This document shows positions 25,925 to 39,322 of a stretch of DNA of 64,000 bases, one piece after another. This DNA comes from Eledone cirrhosa (lineage: Eukaryota), in contig OZ024745.1 of assembly GCA_964016885.1 (NCBI GenBank), forward strand, positions 109,244,001-109,308,000, written 5' to 3'. The notes below the pieces were generated by a model. That model saw nothing but the letters and a program-made list of their open reading frames with translations. It was not told the origin of the DNA and did no database searches. The position numbers were made by a program, and so were the translations under genes. How positions within the stretch are numbered: position 1 is the first letter of the stretch; each line of letters opens with the position of its first letter.

Positions 25925-26910
25925 TGATTTCTAATTTAGGCACAAAGGCCAAGGAGAGGAAAAATCAAAAAAGTTACCCATGGCAAGATTTTCACTCAAA
26001 ATGTAAAGGGATGTGTCTAAATATCACAAATCATTTTGTTCAACATTCTAATGATTCCATTATACCACCACTCTATAACAATTCCACTAAACCAAGAATA
26101 ATGATAATAATTGTTTCTACTATAGGCACAAGGCCAGCAATTTGAAGAGGAGGAGGAGGAAAGTCGATTAATTTGGCCCCAGTGCTTTACTGGTGCTATA
26201 TTTATTGACCCCATAAGGATGAAAGGCAAAGCTAACCTTGGCAGGATTTGAACTCAGAACGCAAAGGGCCGTAACTCTATGCCGTGAAACATAGTATCAG
26301 ACGCTCTACTGATACTGCCAATCCACTGCCCCAAGAATAATGATAATAATTGTTTCTACTTTTGGCACAAGGCCAGCAATTACCCCAGTACATTACTGAT
26401 AAACAAAGTTGACCTCGGTAGGATTTGAACTCACAAAAGCAAATATTGCAAAGCATTTTATCTGACACTTTAACAACGTTTCTGCCAATCCACTGCCCTA
26501 CTCTATAATAATAATAATAATAACAATAATAATAATAATAATAATAATTGTTTCTACTTTTGGCACAAGGCCAGCAATTACCCCAGTGCATTACTGGTAC
26601 TTTATTTTATCGATGAAAGGTTAAGTTAACCGTGGCAGAATTTGAACTCAGAACGTAATGGGCCATACCCTATTAATAATAATATTTGTTTCTACTTTAG
26701 GCACAAGGCCAGCAATTTTTAATGGGAGGGGTAAGTCGATTAAATCAACCCCAGGGCATTACTGGTGCTTTATTTTACTGACCCCCATAAGAGTGAAAGG
26801 CAAAGTTAACCTCAGCAGGTTTTGAACTCAGAAGGCAAAGACACAAAAGCAAATATTGCAAAGCATTTTATCTGACACTTTAACAACGTTTCTGCCATTC
26901 CACTGTCCTA
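25925..26910 (-). mobile_element. Second head-to-tail array of about 5 SINE-A copies joined by (AAT)n
   Basis: Tails at about 25926, 26110, 26350, 26548 and 26687. Confidence 0.85.
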
Positions 26911-27140
26911 CTCTACAACAACAACAACAACAACAGCAGCAGCAGCAACAACAACAGCAGCAGCACCAACAGCAATAATAATAAGGGTAGGTTAAAGACA
27001 TGGGTGAATCAAAAGTTACTCATGTCAAACTGACCACACCCACTTCCCACCTTCAACCTTCTATTCCATGAAACAGAACTTATCTCTTATTCTATGTTGC
27101 AGGCATTTCTTCCACAACAACAACAACAACAACAACAACG

Positions 27141-27182
<42 letters not shown>

Positions 27183-27617
27183 CCATGTTAATTATCAGAC
27201 TTTTGACAGAGTTAGGAACCAATTCCTATTTCAAAAATTTTGAAGGTAATTTTTCTGTTTAATTTTTATTTTTTATTTTTTAAATATTTTTATATATGAT
27301 GGAATGGTTAAATTTATTTATTTATTCAATTATTTAATTATTTCTTCCTTGAAAATGATTATATTTTTATTGCAGATAATGGACACAAGAACTTCAGAGA
27401 GGAATACCTAAAGACAGGCAAGACAGCACAAAAGGATGTCTTCTTCTTCAGTGTGTGTGCATGGTGTGTATCTATATGTGCTTGTGGATTTCTGTATATG
27501 TGTGTGTGTGTGTGTATGTCTGTGTGTGTCACTGAGAATGTGCACATAAACCTGTGTGTGTATGCGTTTGAGTGTATCGCTTGTGAGATTATCTATGTGT
27601 TTGTATGTGAGTGCATT

Positions 27618-27696
27618 GAGAGAAAGAGAGAGAGATAGAGAGAGATACAAAGAGAAAGAGAGTGAGAGAAAGAAACAGAGTGAGAAAGAGAAACAA

Positions 27697-27733
<37 letters not shown>

Positions 27734-27809
27734 CAAAGAGTGAGAGAAGGAGATACAAAGAGAGAGAAATTCAAAGAGAGATAATAAAGAGAGTGAGAGG
27801 GAGAAAGAG

Positions 27810-27880
<71 letters not shown>

Positions 27881-27885
27881 GAGAA
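27618..27885. repeat. (GA)n-rich tract
   Basis: Direct reading. Confidence 0.9.
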
Positions 27886-28449
27886 AAATGTGTGTGAGAT
27901 ATTTTTAAAAAATTACCAAACAAAAATAAATAAAACAAGACGAAATAAGTCAGGAAACAACAACAACAACAACAACAACAGTAACAGGATGAACAGCAAC
28001 AAGATGGGAGCGGGGAAACAATAGCAACATGAAGAACTAAAAGAAAACAAAAATCTGTGACAATATTTTGAAATTTATCAGTTGGAGAAAGTAAGTTTAG
28101 AGATTAAAAAATAAAAAAAAAGAACCAAAAACTTTTCCTTGAAATAAATTTAAAAAAAAAAAAAGGTAAAAATTAGGAAGAAAATTGGAATAAAATTAAA
28201 ATAAAAAATATCTGAAAATAAAATAAGAAAGGCCCAGGAAAAATGGTTAGATTTGGCTTTAAGGAAAACATCTGCAGAAGGTTTTAATCAATACTGGCTT
28301 TTGAAGTATTTCATAACGTGTGTAGGTTGAAGAAAATGATAGTGTGTTTCACTGAAATAGGGAAATTTAGGGTATGTGTGTCCATATGTATGTGTATAGG
28401 TGTGTGTTTATGAAGTGTTTGTGAAGGTTTGTGCATATATTTAGTGGCT

Positions 28450-28602
28450 ATACACATGCATATGTAAAAGCAAATGTAAGGATATATATATATATATATG
28501 TATATATGTGTGCGTGTATGTGTGTGTGTATATATATATAAGCAAATGTAAGGATATATATGTATATATGTATGTGTGTGTGTGTATATATGTATGTGTG
28601 TG

Positions 28603-28640
<38 letters not shown>

Positions 28641-28752
28641 CAAATGTAAGGATATATATATATATATATGTATGTGTGGGTATGTGTATATATATATATA
28701 TATATGTGTGTGTATATATGTATATATATATATATATATATGTATATGTGTG

Positions 28753-28791
<39 letters not shown>

Positions 28792-28877
28792 ATATATGTG
28801 TGTATATATATATATATAAGTAAATGTAAGGATATATATATGTATGTATGTGTGTATGTATATATATATGTATGTGT

Positions 28878-28936
<59 letters not shown>

Positions 28937-28962
28937 TGTATGTATATATATATATATGTATG

Positions 28963-28997
<35 letters not shown>

Positions 28998-30294
28998 GTA
29001 TGTATGTAGATATATATATATATATATGTGTGTGTATATGTATGCACACACGCACACAAATTATATGTATATGCTTAAGCATAGATATATAGATAGGAAA
29101 ACAGATATGGTTGTGTGACTATATGTGACATGTGCATAGCATATTTGTTTATATACATATATATATGTTATATAAGTACGTATGTAATTGGGAAACTATA
29201 CATATACAAATGCATGCACACACACATATATACACACACACACACATATATACACACGCACGCACATATATACACTCACACACAAACACACATATATATA
29301 TATATACACACACACATATATATATATACACACACACACATATATACACACACACACACACATATATATATACACACACACTCACACACACACACACATA
29401 TATATATTCTAAACCCATGCTAGCGTGGAAGATATACATTAAACGATGATGATGATGATGATGATATATATATATATATATATATATGTGAGTGTGTGTC
29501 TGTGAATTAATGTATATGTATGTGTGTGTCCGCATATACATGCATACATACACATATCTACACATATATGTGTATCCAAATATGTCACATAGTCACACAC
29601 AAATCTCTCCCTCTTTCTCCATTCCTCACTCCCTCTCTCTCTCTATATATATATGTGTATCTTTGCATAAATATGTATTAATTATTCTGTGTGTATATTT
29701 TCATATTTGTCTATTTGAGTGATTTTGTGTATGTGTTTGTGTTTTTATGTGAATTAGTTGTTGTGTAGGAGTTTGTGTGAATAGATTCATGTCTCTCTGA
29801 AATATATATATTATATAGTCATATATATACACACACACATATATACACACACATACATATATATATACACACACACACATATATACACACACACACATAT
29901 ATACACACACATATATATGTATATATATATATGTGTGTGTGTATATGTGTGTGCATGTATATATATATATATATACGTGTGTTTGTATATATGTGTGTGT
30001 ATATATATATATATATATATGTGTGTGTATGTGTGTATATATATGTATGTGTTTGTGTATATATAAATATAGATACACAAAGACACACATATATATAAAC
30101 ACATACACACACATATATACAAACACACACGTATATATATATATACACACACACACATATACACACACACATATATATATACACACACACTCAAATATAT
30201 ATATATACACAAACACACACATATATATATACACACACAAACACACATATATATATACACACACACACATATATATATACACACACATATATAT

Positions 30295-30339
<45 letters not shown>

Positions 30340-30340
30340 C

Positions 30341-30377
<37 letters not shown>

Positions 30378-30410
30378 CACACACGCACACACACACATAT
30401 ATATATATGA
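28450..30410. repeat. Compound (TA)/(TG)/(CA) microsatellite field
   Basis: Direct reading; includes recurring AAGCAAATGTAAGG spacers and a SINE tail at 29410-29465. Confidence 0.95.
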
Positions 30411-33400
30411 ATATAAAGAATGAGTGTTTGGTTATATATTCAGAAGTGTGTGTATTTATGCAAACGTTAATACTGAATCGGCATTTGTAAGTCTGTGTGT
30501 ATGTGTATGTAATTATCTGAGTGAATTTGTGTTCAGTAGTTTAGTGTGTGTGCCTTTTTGATCAGTGTACACATATGAATATTTTTCTTTTGTCTACCTG
30601 TCTATGTGTTTTTGTTTAAAAATATTTAACTGAAATGGCAAAGTGGATGTGGTAAGAGACTTCCAACACAGACAATTTAAGTTCATATTTGATATAGATA
30701 TTTCATTATGTATTTGGACATTCCATGTAATACTATATTTCTCACTTCCTGTAACTATCAAGAATAGGTAACAAACTACCTATGGAATGTTATTCAGTAG
30801 AGTGTCTTCTTCTCAGATTATTAATACTATAAAACTTGAGCTAAATGCTAGATTGCAAATTTATTTCACATACAATCCATTGTTTTATGAACGGAATAAG
30901 TAATATTTTGTTTCTTCACCAAAATTTACCAAAGCTGTGTTTGTGTATTATGTAAGTACCTCCTCTACAACTCAATCTGTATAATGTTGGAACCAGAGCT
31001 AGACTTTCACCAGCTGAGACCCAAAGCTGTATGGAATTTGAGGCCCTTCTCTAAAAGAATTTGGGTAAAAAATTTAAAGTAATTATACTAATGTTAATGA
31101 TAAAGAATAAAAACTACATATATATACATATATATATATATATACAAATAAAGATTCAGCGAGAATCGCATTTCGGCGGGCAGGAAAAGCGAAGCGAAAC
31201 GCAAAAATCAGAAATGATGCTGGCAAAGTGCTCAATAGTTAAAAACCAGAGCTAAACAATGTGTTAAGAAGCCATACTAAACTAAAAAGGTGGTCAAGAA
31301 GGCATTAACCACCCAAGCCAAAAACCAAATCAAGCTAAACAGGTCAAAACAAAATAAATGATATATATATATAGGGCGGTGCCCCAGCATGGCCTCAGCC
31401 AGATGGCTGAAACAGGTAAAAGAATATGTGTGTGTGTGTATATATATATATAAGACCCGTCCCACCCTTGCAAGCAGGGAAAAGTGTATGTAAAATGATG
31501 ATGATGATGTATGTATGTTCCAAAGAGATTGTTTTGGTAAAAACAGGAGTAAGCAGGAGAAAGCTCTCAACATTCGTAGTTTGTAGTTCGATGGAGATTC
31601 AGTATAATAATAACATTAATAAAGATTTGATGTTACATAAATCGTTTATTCATTATAATTATTTCAACAGTTCACCCATGCAATCAAGATGTAATTCATG
31701 CATTTGTTGTTGTTATGAGAACGGTATCCTCATATATATATATATATATATTGTTTAACCATCGTCTCAGTGTGTTTGGCGTTTAACGTTTGTTATAGCT
31801 CTGGTTCATCTGAACCATTGAGCACTTGCCTCACATCGCGGAGGTTGTTTTTCATTATTTCGTGGGCCGAAATGCGAATCTCGATAATTTATGTTTGTTT
31901 ATATATATATATATATATATATATAAAACGTTTTTATGATTTTGTGTTAAACAATCTAAACTAATGATAAAATTAAAATATATTTTTAAAAAGTGAGGTC
32001 CCTGAGGATGTGTGACCCTAAGCTACAGCTAAGTCCAGAACTGGTTGGAACAAGGGTAACATCAGATTGCCACACTGGATTTTCCCAAGAAATCCAAGCA
32101 CTAATACCAAAGTTTGTATGGTTACAGATAAACTTTAGCTGTGAAATGTATACCATTAGTTAAGCCCAGAAATTGAACCCACAACATTATGATTGTAAGT
32201 CCAACATTCTTACCACTAGACCACTTGCCTACATGTTAATACAAATAGCCTATTTTTTATTTATATTTGCAAGTTTAAAGTTCACGAGATAGCACATGCA
32301 ACAATTAAATATTAACTTCATGGAAACAATGGCTTCTAAAAGGAAATTTCAAGTTCTTTGGATCATTATCTAAATTTTTAGAAAATAATTTTCCCCCAAT
32401 CCATTCCAACAAACCGTAGTTTAGAGATTCATTCAGTGGATGAAGAAATGTCACAGTTAAATGAACTAGAAGTAGATTCCTTAATTCAAATTTCATGCGA
32501 CACTGCCCTGAAATAAAAATTTGAGAATGTCTCCCTAATTAATTTTTAGTTAAGTTGTCAAGAAGAGAAATTCCAAATTTATATATAAAAAAGAAATCCA
32601 GTTTTTAATACCATTCCTTTATAACTTCGTAGTGCCAAACTGAGATTTCTATTTGGATTATAAGAAAATAAATATAGGAACAGATTAGATTTTGAACAAG
32701 ATTTGAGGTGGAAATTAAATTCTTTTCCTTATGAAGTACAACTGCTATGCAATAGCAAACTACATCCTTCACATTTAAAATATGATTTGACATGCAAAAA
32801 TCTGTATGTACCTTACTTGAAAAAAATAGCAAAACTTAAATTCAATAGATAAGTAACAGAACATGAAAGAATATGTTGAAGCTCAGTTGTCACAATAATA
32901 TCAGGGATAATTGTGGATATTTTCTTGGGTAATAACCAATAAATAAACAACATGGAAACCAGGAAGACAAAGACAAAAACATTAAATCAAAGGAGCTGTG
33001 TCTCTAAAATGGTTAATATTGACCCTAAGGCATCGATGGAACAATATTAATGTGGTAAGGATAAAGACCCCTTTCAGTCACAAATGATTTGCACCTAGAA
33101 AGTTTCCTTCCAAGGGCAAGGTGTGTTTGTAGAAGGTGTGGGCAAGGTATGGTTGTAGAAGACCAGTAGTTGCCCATACATACCCGTCTCCTCTTACAAT
33201 GCCACCGATGTTATCCAAGGGAAAGGAAATGGCTGATACAGCTTGGCACCAGTGACGTGGCAACTCATTTCTACAGCTGAGTAAACTGGAGCAACGTGAA
33301 ATAAAGTGTCTTGCTCAAGGATACAATGCATCACCTGGTTCGAGAATCAAACTCACAACCTCCTGATTGTAAGCCTATTGCACATTTCAGCCAAAAGCTG

Positions 33401-33849
33401 ATATTTTTAAAAATAAAAAATTAAAATACACAGATTTCTGATTTATATACAATTAATCCTTAGTGTCTATTTTATATTCTGTGTATATATTTATTCATTT
33501 TTGTACATGCCTGAGATTGATGAGGTTCAAGGATTCTATGAAAGAGCAGAGGATCTAAGTGTTTGAGGATCCCTGATCTAAACTCAGTCTTAAAAATAAA
33601 AGTTGAACACAGGAAATTGAATAACTTCAGAATCCTGATATCAAGTTTTACTAACATTAACAAGAAGAAAATAAAAGATCTCAAACCGTGTACAGATTCA
33701 TGAGAAAAGTTGTTTTCAATATGATTGAAAGAGCTTCTCTTTTTTACATATATAAATATTCATTGGATGTACAAATGAGAAAATGAGTACTCATCATCAT
33801 CATCATCATCATCATCATCAGCATTTTATATCTGCTTCTTCATGCTTGA

Positions 33850-34990
33850 ATGGGTTGGATGGGTCCTTTGCCACACAACCTCTCTCCACTTATAACATTC
33901 CTTTATCATCTCCTCTGTGAGGAGATCAACTCTGCCAAGGTTTTTCTTGGACTTCCTCTTCTGCAGCTTCCTGGCATCTCCTGGTACTTCTTTATTCAAC
34001 AACCATCATCTAATGAATCTCATTACCATGTAACATCATACTTTTCATGCAGGCATCATACAATCTACCCTTTACTCAGAGAGAAAATTCCTTTTTCAAT
34101 AGAAGTAGAAGCTCCCCAAACTTTTTTCTAACCTATTCTTATTCTAACTACTATGGTTTCATCACAACCTCTTCCAGTGCTAATTAAGTTACCAAAGTAC
34201 CAGAAACTATCAACTACTTCTATATTTCCTTCAAGGGATTGAAAAAGGTTTATCTCACCCATGGTTTTACTACCCACTATTCCTGTTTATATGCAAGGTC
34301 TATCTATTCTGTTACCCTAATTACACCTTGTGTAATCATACTTTAAATTTTACACATTGTATAAACCTTTTCTACATATTAAGCATAGTCACTGGTCTTC
34401 TTTCCTACTTACTACTTTGTCTTTCCTAGGTTTACAAGACATTTTGATTCTAAGTTCTGTTTCCAGAACAGTAATTTCTTCTGAAGCTCTTGCACAGATT
34501 GTGTTATAAGAACCAGGTTGTCAGCATGCAGAACTTCCCATGGACAACCAGTCTTAACCCTTTAGCATTTACATTACTTTACATATACTGTTGTATTTTC
34601 ACGGTCAAGGCTTTATCTTACATAATTATTTCACATGATATCGAATCAATGAGACTTTGATATTATTTATTTTTAGTTTTTATTTATTTATTTTTTTATT
34701 TATTTATTTATTTATAGTTGGAACAGAAAGAGGTGAGAGAATTATGGCTGGATATGGCCAGTTTAAATGCTAAAGGGTTAAACTCCTCTATTGTAGCCTG
34801 GAGAACTATAGTAAACAACAAGAAGTTGATGATTTGATCTTTGATGAACACCCACCTGCACCCTGAATTCCACACTAAACTCATTTAGTCTAAATTTACT
34901 GACAGCACCTCTATACCTGGCCTGCATTGCTTTCACAAGTCATCCATTAACACCCAGTTTCTTAAGGATCACCAGATAACAGAATGTGCT
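33850..34990 (-). pseudogene. Decayed RTE-clade LINE RT and C-terminal region
   Basis: Minus-strand remnants QVGVHQ, LLFTIVLQATIEEF|KTGCPWEVLHADNL (YADD box), IEVVDSFWYFGNLISTG, RGSPRK; interrupted at TTAA by the MITE at 34554-34781. Confidence 0.7.
34554..34781 (-). mobile_element. piggyBac-like MITE copy inserted in the RTE RT domain
   Basis: TTAA is duplicated; removing the MITE restores the EEFKTGCPWE frame. Confidence 0.85.
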
Positions 34991-35289
34991 ACATGAAATG
35001 TTAAGCTACTCTTGCACATTATTTTCACAAACAGGCCATTCTATTGACCAAACAACTGATACACACATTATTGGAACCACAAAAAACAAAAGAAGTCCAA
35101 CAACCATTCATATATATATATATATATAATTAAATAATGAGCTGCAGCTGCACTATAGCTGAGGCAGCCATGAAGCACTCAATGAGTGAAGAATTGATAA
35201 ATTTCTACTCAGAATGAACACAAAAAGTTAAGGAATAATGACACCAAGAATAAATCGACCAGAAGCATATTGCCACAGTAATACAACAT

Positions 35290-35854
35290 CGATATATACA
35301 AATATATATATTTGTATATTTATTCATATATATATACAAATATGCACACACACACATTTATATATATATATATATATACACAAATATGTATTCATATATA
35401 TACAAATATGCACATATATATATATATCTATATATATATATACAAATATTTATTCATATATATATCTATATATATATACAAATATTTATTCATATATATA
35501 TATATGTATATATATATACAAATATTTATTCATATATATACAAATATTTATTCATATATATACAAATATTTATTCATATATATACAAATATGCACATATA
35601 TATATATATATACAAATATTTATTCATATATATACAAATATGCGCATATATATATATATATATATATATACAAATATTTATTCATATATATACAAATATG
35701 CACATATATATATATATATATATACAAATATTTATTCATATATATACAAATATGCACATATATATATATATACAAATATTTATTCATATATATACAAATA
35801 TGCACATATATATATATATATATGTGCATATTTGTATATATATGAATAAATATT

Positions 35855-35895
<41 letters not shown>

Positions 35896-36029
35896 GGGCA
35901 TATTTGTATATATATATATTGAATAAATATTTGTATATATATATATATATATATGTGCATATTTGTATATATATGAATAAATATTTGTATATATATATGT
36001 ACATATTTGTATATATATGAATAAATATT

Positions 36030-36070
<41 letters not shown>

Positions 36071-36453
36071 GGGCATATTTGTATATATATATATTGAATA
36101 AATATTTGTATATATACATGGCTTAGTGGTTAGAGCATTGGCTTTGCAATCGAAAGGTTGTGAGTTCAATTCTCAGACCGGGTGATGTGTTGTTTCCTTG
36201 AGCAAGACACTTTATTTCACGTTGCTCCAGTTTACTCAGCTGTAGAAATTAGATTATAGGGACTGGGATCCCTATCATTCGTGGAGGTGCCACGGCAAAA
36301 AAGCACCCAGCACTCACTGTAAATGAGGTTGGTGTTAGGAAGGGCATCCAGCTGTAGAAATCAAGCCAGAATCAGTTCCCGTCCCACCCTTGCAAGCAGG
36401 GAAAAGTGGATGTAAAATGAAATGATGATGATATATATATATGAATAAATATT

Positions 36454-36495
<42 letters not shown>

Positions 36496-36512
36496 AATAT
36501 TTATTCATATAA

Positions 36513-36573
<61 letters not shown>

Positions 36574-36597
36574 TTTATTCATATATATACAAATATG

Positions 36598-36630
<33 letters not shown>

Positions 36631-36661
36631 GTGCATATTTGTATATATATGAATAAATATT

Positions 36662-36703
<42 letters not shown>

Positions 36704-36730
36704 TAAATATTTGTATATATATATATATAT
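35290..36730. repeat. AT-rich minisatellite (ACAAATATTTATTCA(TA)n and ACAAATATGCACA(TA)n units) with internal orientation switches; SINE-B at 36117-36432
   Basis: Units read forward to about 35810, then reverse-complement; further flips near 36470 and 36615. Confidence 0.9.
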
Positions 36731-36825
36731 ATTTATTAAAATAACAGATTAAAGTTTAAGCAAAGAATCGCTTTGTATATATACATACATACATACATAC
36801 ATACATACATACATACATACATACA

Positions 36826-36861
<36 letters not shown>

Positions 36862-36862
36862 T

Positions 36863-36915
<53 letters not shown>

Positions 36916-37592
36916 ATACACAAACACACATGTGCAAGTATGTGTGTATATGTATGTTTATTGTCACATGAAGAAAGAAAGAAATGCAGTAAAGTAAAAA
37001 TGGGTTTTTAATGGTGTATAGGCTTTCAGTGAAATGTTAAAAATGTAAGAATAGTAGCAATCTATTAATCTGTTTGGAAGATGCTTGTAAAATTTACAGG
37101 ATCAACTCTATTGACCGTGAAATGTTGTTGAGGTGCCTCACTAATAAACAGTATCTATAACTTAGTAATTTAGCGGAGTCTAAGATAATAAAAATAAGAT
37201 GAAGTCAGTATTTTCAGTGTATGCATTTCAGTTAAAGTGATAAAGGACATTGATAGCTCAGGTTTTGGAAGCAATAGCTATCAGAGTTATCAGAGATTAC
37301 TGAAGTTGATGGCAGTCACATGAGTATAATGGATTGTAATGGCAATATGTGCAGATGGGATATTGGCATGTATGTTGCTGTACCAAGTAACAATATATGC
37401 ATGTTTCATGCTATGGCTTGGATATGTGTACATGTAGAAATGAATATGTGCAGTATGTTGTTAAAATTTGCATATATTTGTATGTGTAAACTAATATGTG
37501 TCTGTGTTTATATATATTTTGTGTCAAGATATACAATCTAGGTATATTTAGGTGAATTTAATGTTGGAATAAATATATACATACATATGTCA

Positions 37593-37662
<70 letters not shown>

Positions 37663-37785
37663 GGTAAATATTGATGCAATTCAATTCAAGCATTCAACGT
37701 ACTTTTTCCACATAGGAGTGATGGAGTAAATATCGAATAAGGAAAAGCGAAGTAGTTTCAGATGTTCAAGTCCTTTAATAATAAT

Positions 37786-37859
37786 GCTGTGATATATATT
37801 TCAATGACGACACTGGCCACACTGTTCTGTGTGCGAGTGTCGTGTCATCATCAGGCAGC
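37786..37859 (-). ncRNA. Type I hammerhead ribozyme (family P5, left arm; C-A mismatch next to the cleavage site)
   Basis: Reverse complement of 38593-38666, except the stem I 5' strand is GCUGC. Confidence 0.75.
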
Positions 37860-38592
37860 TTGTTATTATGACTGTGTACCAGATTGACTAATGCATTGGA
37901 CCCTGTAGTTTGCCCTCCGTTATAATGTACGGCACTGTCGTTCAATATGTGGATAGAGTAACTGTGACACTAGAATCCCTCTCAGAACTTATTACTTAAA
38001 CATCCCTCTCCATATTATTTACTCACTTCAATCTATATCTTTACTCAATCCGAATTATCACTTGAAAAATTTTTGAATTTTTAATTTTTTAATTTTTTAA
38101 TTGTTTAATTTATAATCTCTGATATTTGATTTAGGATTTTAATTTTTAATTTTTAATTTTTATTTCCAACTCTCACTCTTAACTTCCAATGTAAAACCAT
38201 GGTACCTAGAATTAAGTTTATTTTCCCTTATGAGTTGATGGTCAGTCTTGCTGTCAACGTTTAGTGAAAGGTAGTATTATGACCTATAAAAACTAACACC
38301 CTCCCATCCTCTCTGGCTTTCGGCTGACTGCCACAGTCATGATGGGTAGCAGTAAACTTTGGTAGAGCATAGGTGGGCCATTGTTTTGGCTGAGAGGGTG
38401 AACTGACAGCGAATTTCGTTGAAATCTGCGGTGGCTAATGGTCAACTTCCTTCGGACATGCGCTTGCGCAGACCGGTGGGGGTGAATTGGTACTCACAAG
38501 GGAACGGATGAAAAACCCAAAAGCACGAACTTCATCCGTTCCCATGTCGATTCAATTTGGATTGCCTCAGAAACAACCTTATTATGTAACAA

Positions 38593-38666
38593 GCTGTCTG
38601 ATGATGACACGACACTCGCACACAGAACAGTGTGGCCAGTGTCGTCATTGAAATATATATCACAGC
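38593..38666 (+). ncRNA. Type I hammerhead ribozyme (family P5, right arm)
   Basis: GCUGU-CUGAUGA-UGAC-ACGACACU..CACAC(AGAACA)GUGUG..AGUGUCGU-CAUU-GAAA-UAUAUA-UC^ACAGC. Confidence 0.85.
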
Positions 38667-39219
38667 ATTATTATTAAAGGACTTGAACATCTGAAACTAC
38701 TTCGTTTTCCCTATATATATATATATATATATAATCATCATCATCATTTTACGTCCGCTTTTCCCTGCTTGCAAGGGTGGGACGGGAACTGATTCTGGCT
38801 TGATTTCTACAGCTGGATGCCCTTCCTAACACCAACCTCATTTACAGTGAGTGCTGGGTGCTTTTTTGCCGTGGCACCTCCACGACCACTTTGCAGTGGA
38901 ATGATTTGGACCTCAGTCCTATCATCTCATTTCTACAGCTGAGTAAACTGGAGCAATGTGAAATAAAGTGTCTTGCTCAAGGAAACAGCACATCGCCTGG
39001 TCTGAGAATTGAACTCACAACCTTTCGATTGCAAGGCCAATGCTCTAACCACTAAGCTATGTGCCTCCATATATTTACGTAAAATTGGAAGTTGGTGAAA
39101 ATCATCAAAATATTGACTCTGAATAGAAGCCAACCCCCCTTCTACTCTCAATATATATATATATATATATATATGCAAGCAGGGAAAAGCGGACGTAAAA
39201 TGATGATGATGATGATGAT

Positions 39220-39261
<42 letters not shown>

Positions 39262-39285
39262 ATCATCATCATCATTTTCCCTGCT

Positions 39286-39322
<37 letters not shown>

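Larger units (their letters stand above)
37660..38712. mobile_element. About 1.05-kb Penelope-like or retrozyme-like insert, family P5, with about 125-bp inverted HHR-bearing arms
   Basis: Arms about 37741-37865 / 38587-38711, single-copy tail 37660-37740, (TA)n on both sides. Confidence 0.8.

Noticed and set aside
27375-27450. Possible exon after ttttattgcag (DNGHKNFREEYLKT...)
   Set aside because: No clear canonical donor and no recognisable protein; unsupported without RNA data.
31995-32050. CUGAGGA as a hammerhead core
   Set aside because: No properly placed GAAA, stem III or stem I partner.
36117-36185. Possible tRNA gene (A and B boxes), likewise the SINE-A heads
   Set aside because: Always fused to a SINE core and tail; no complete cloverleaf evident.
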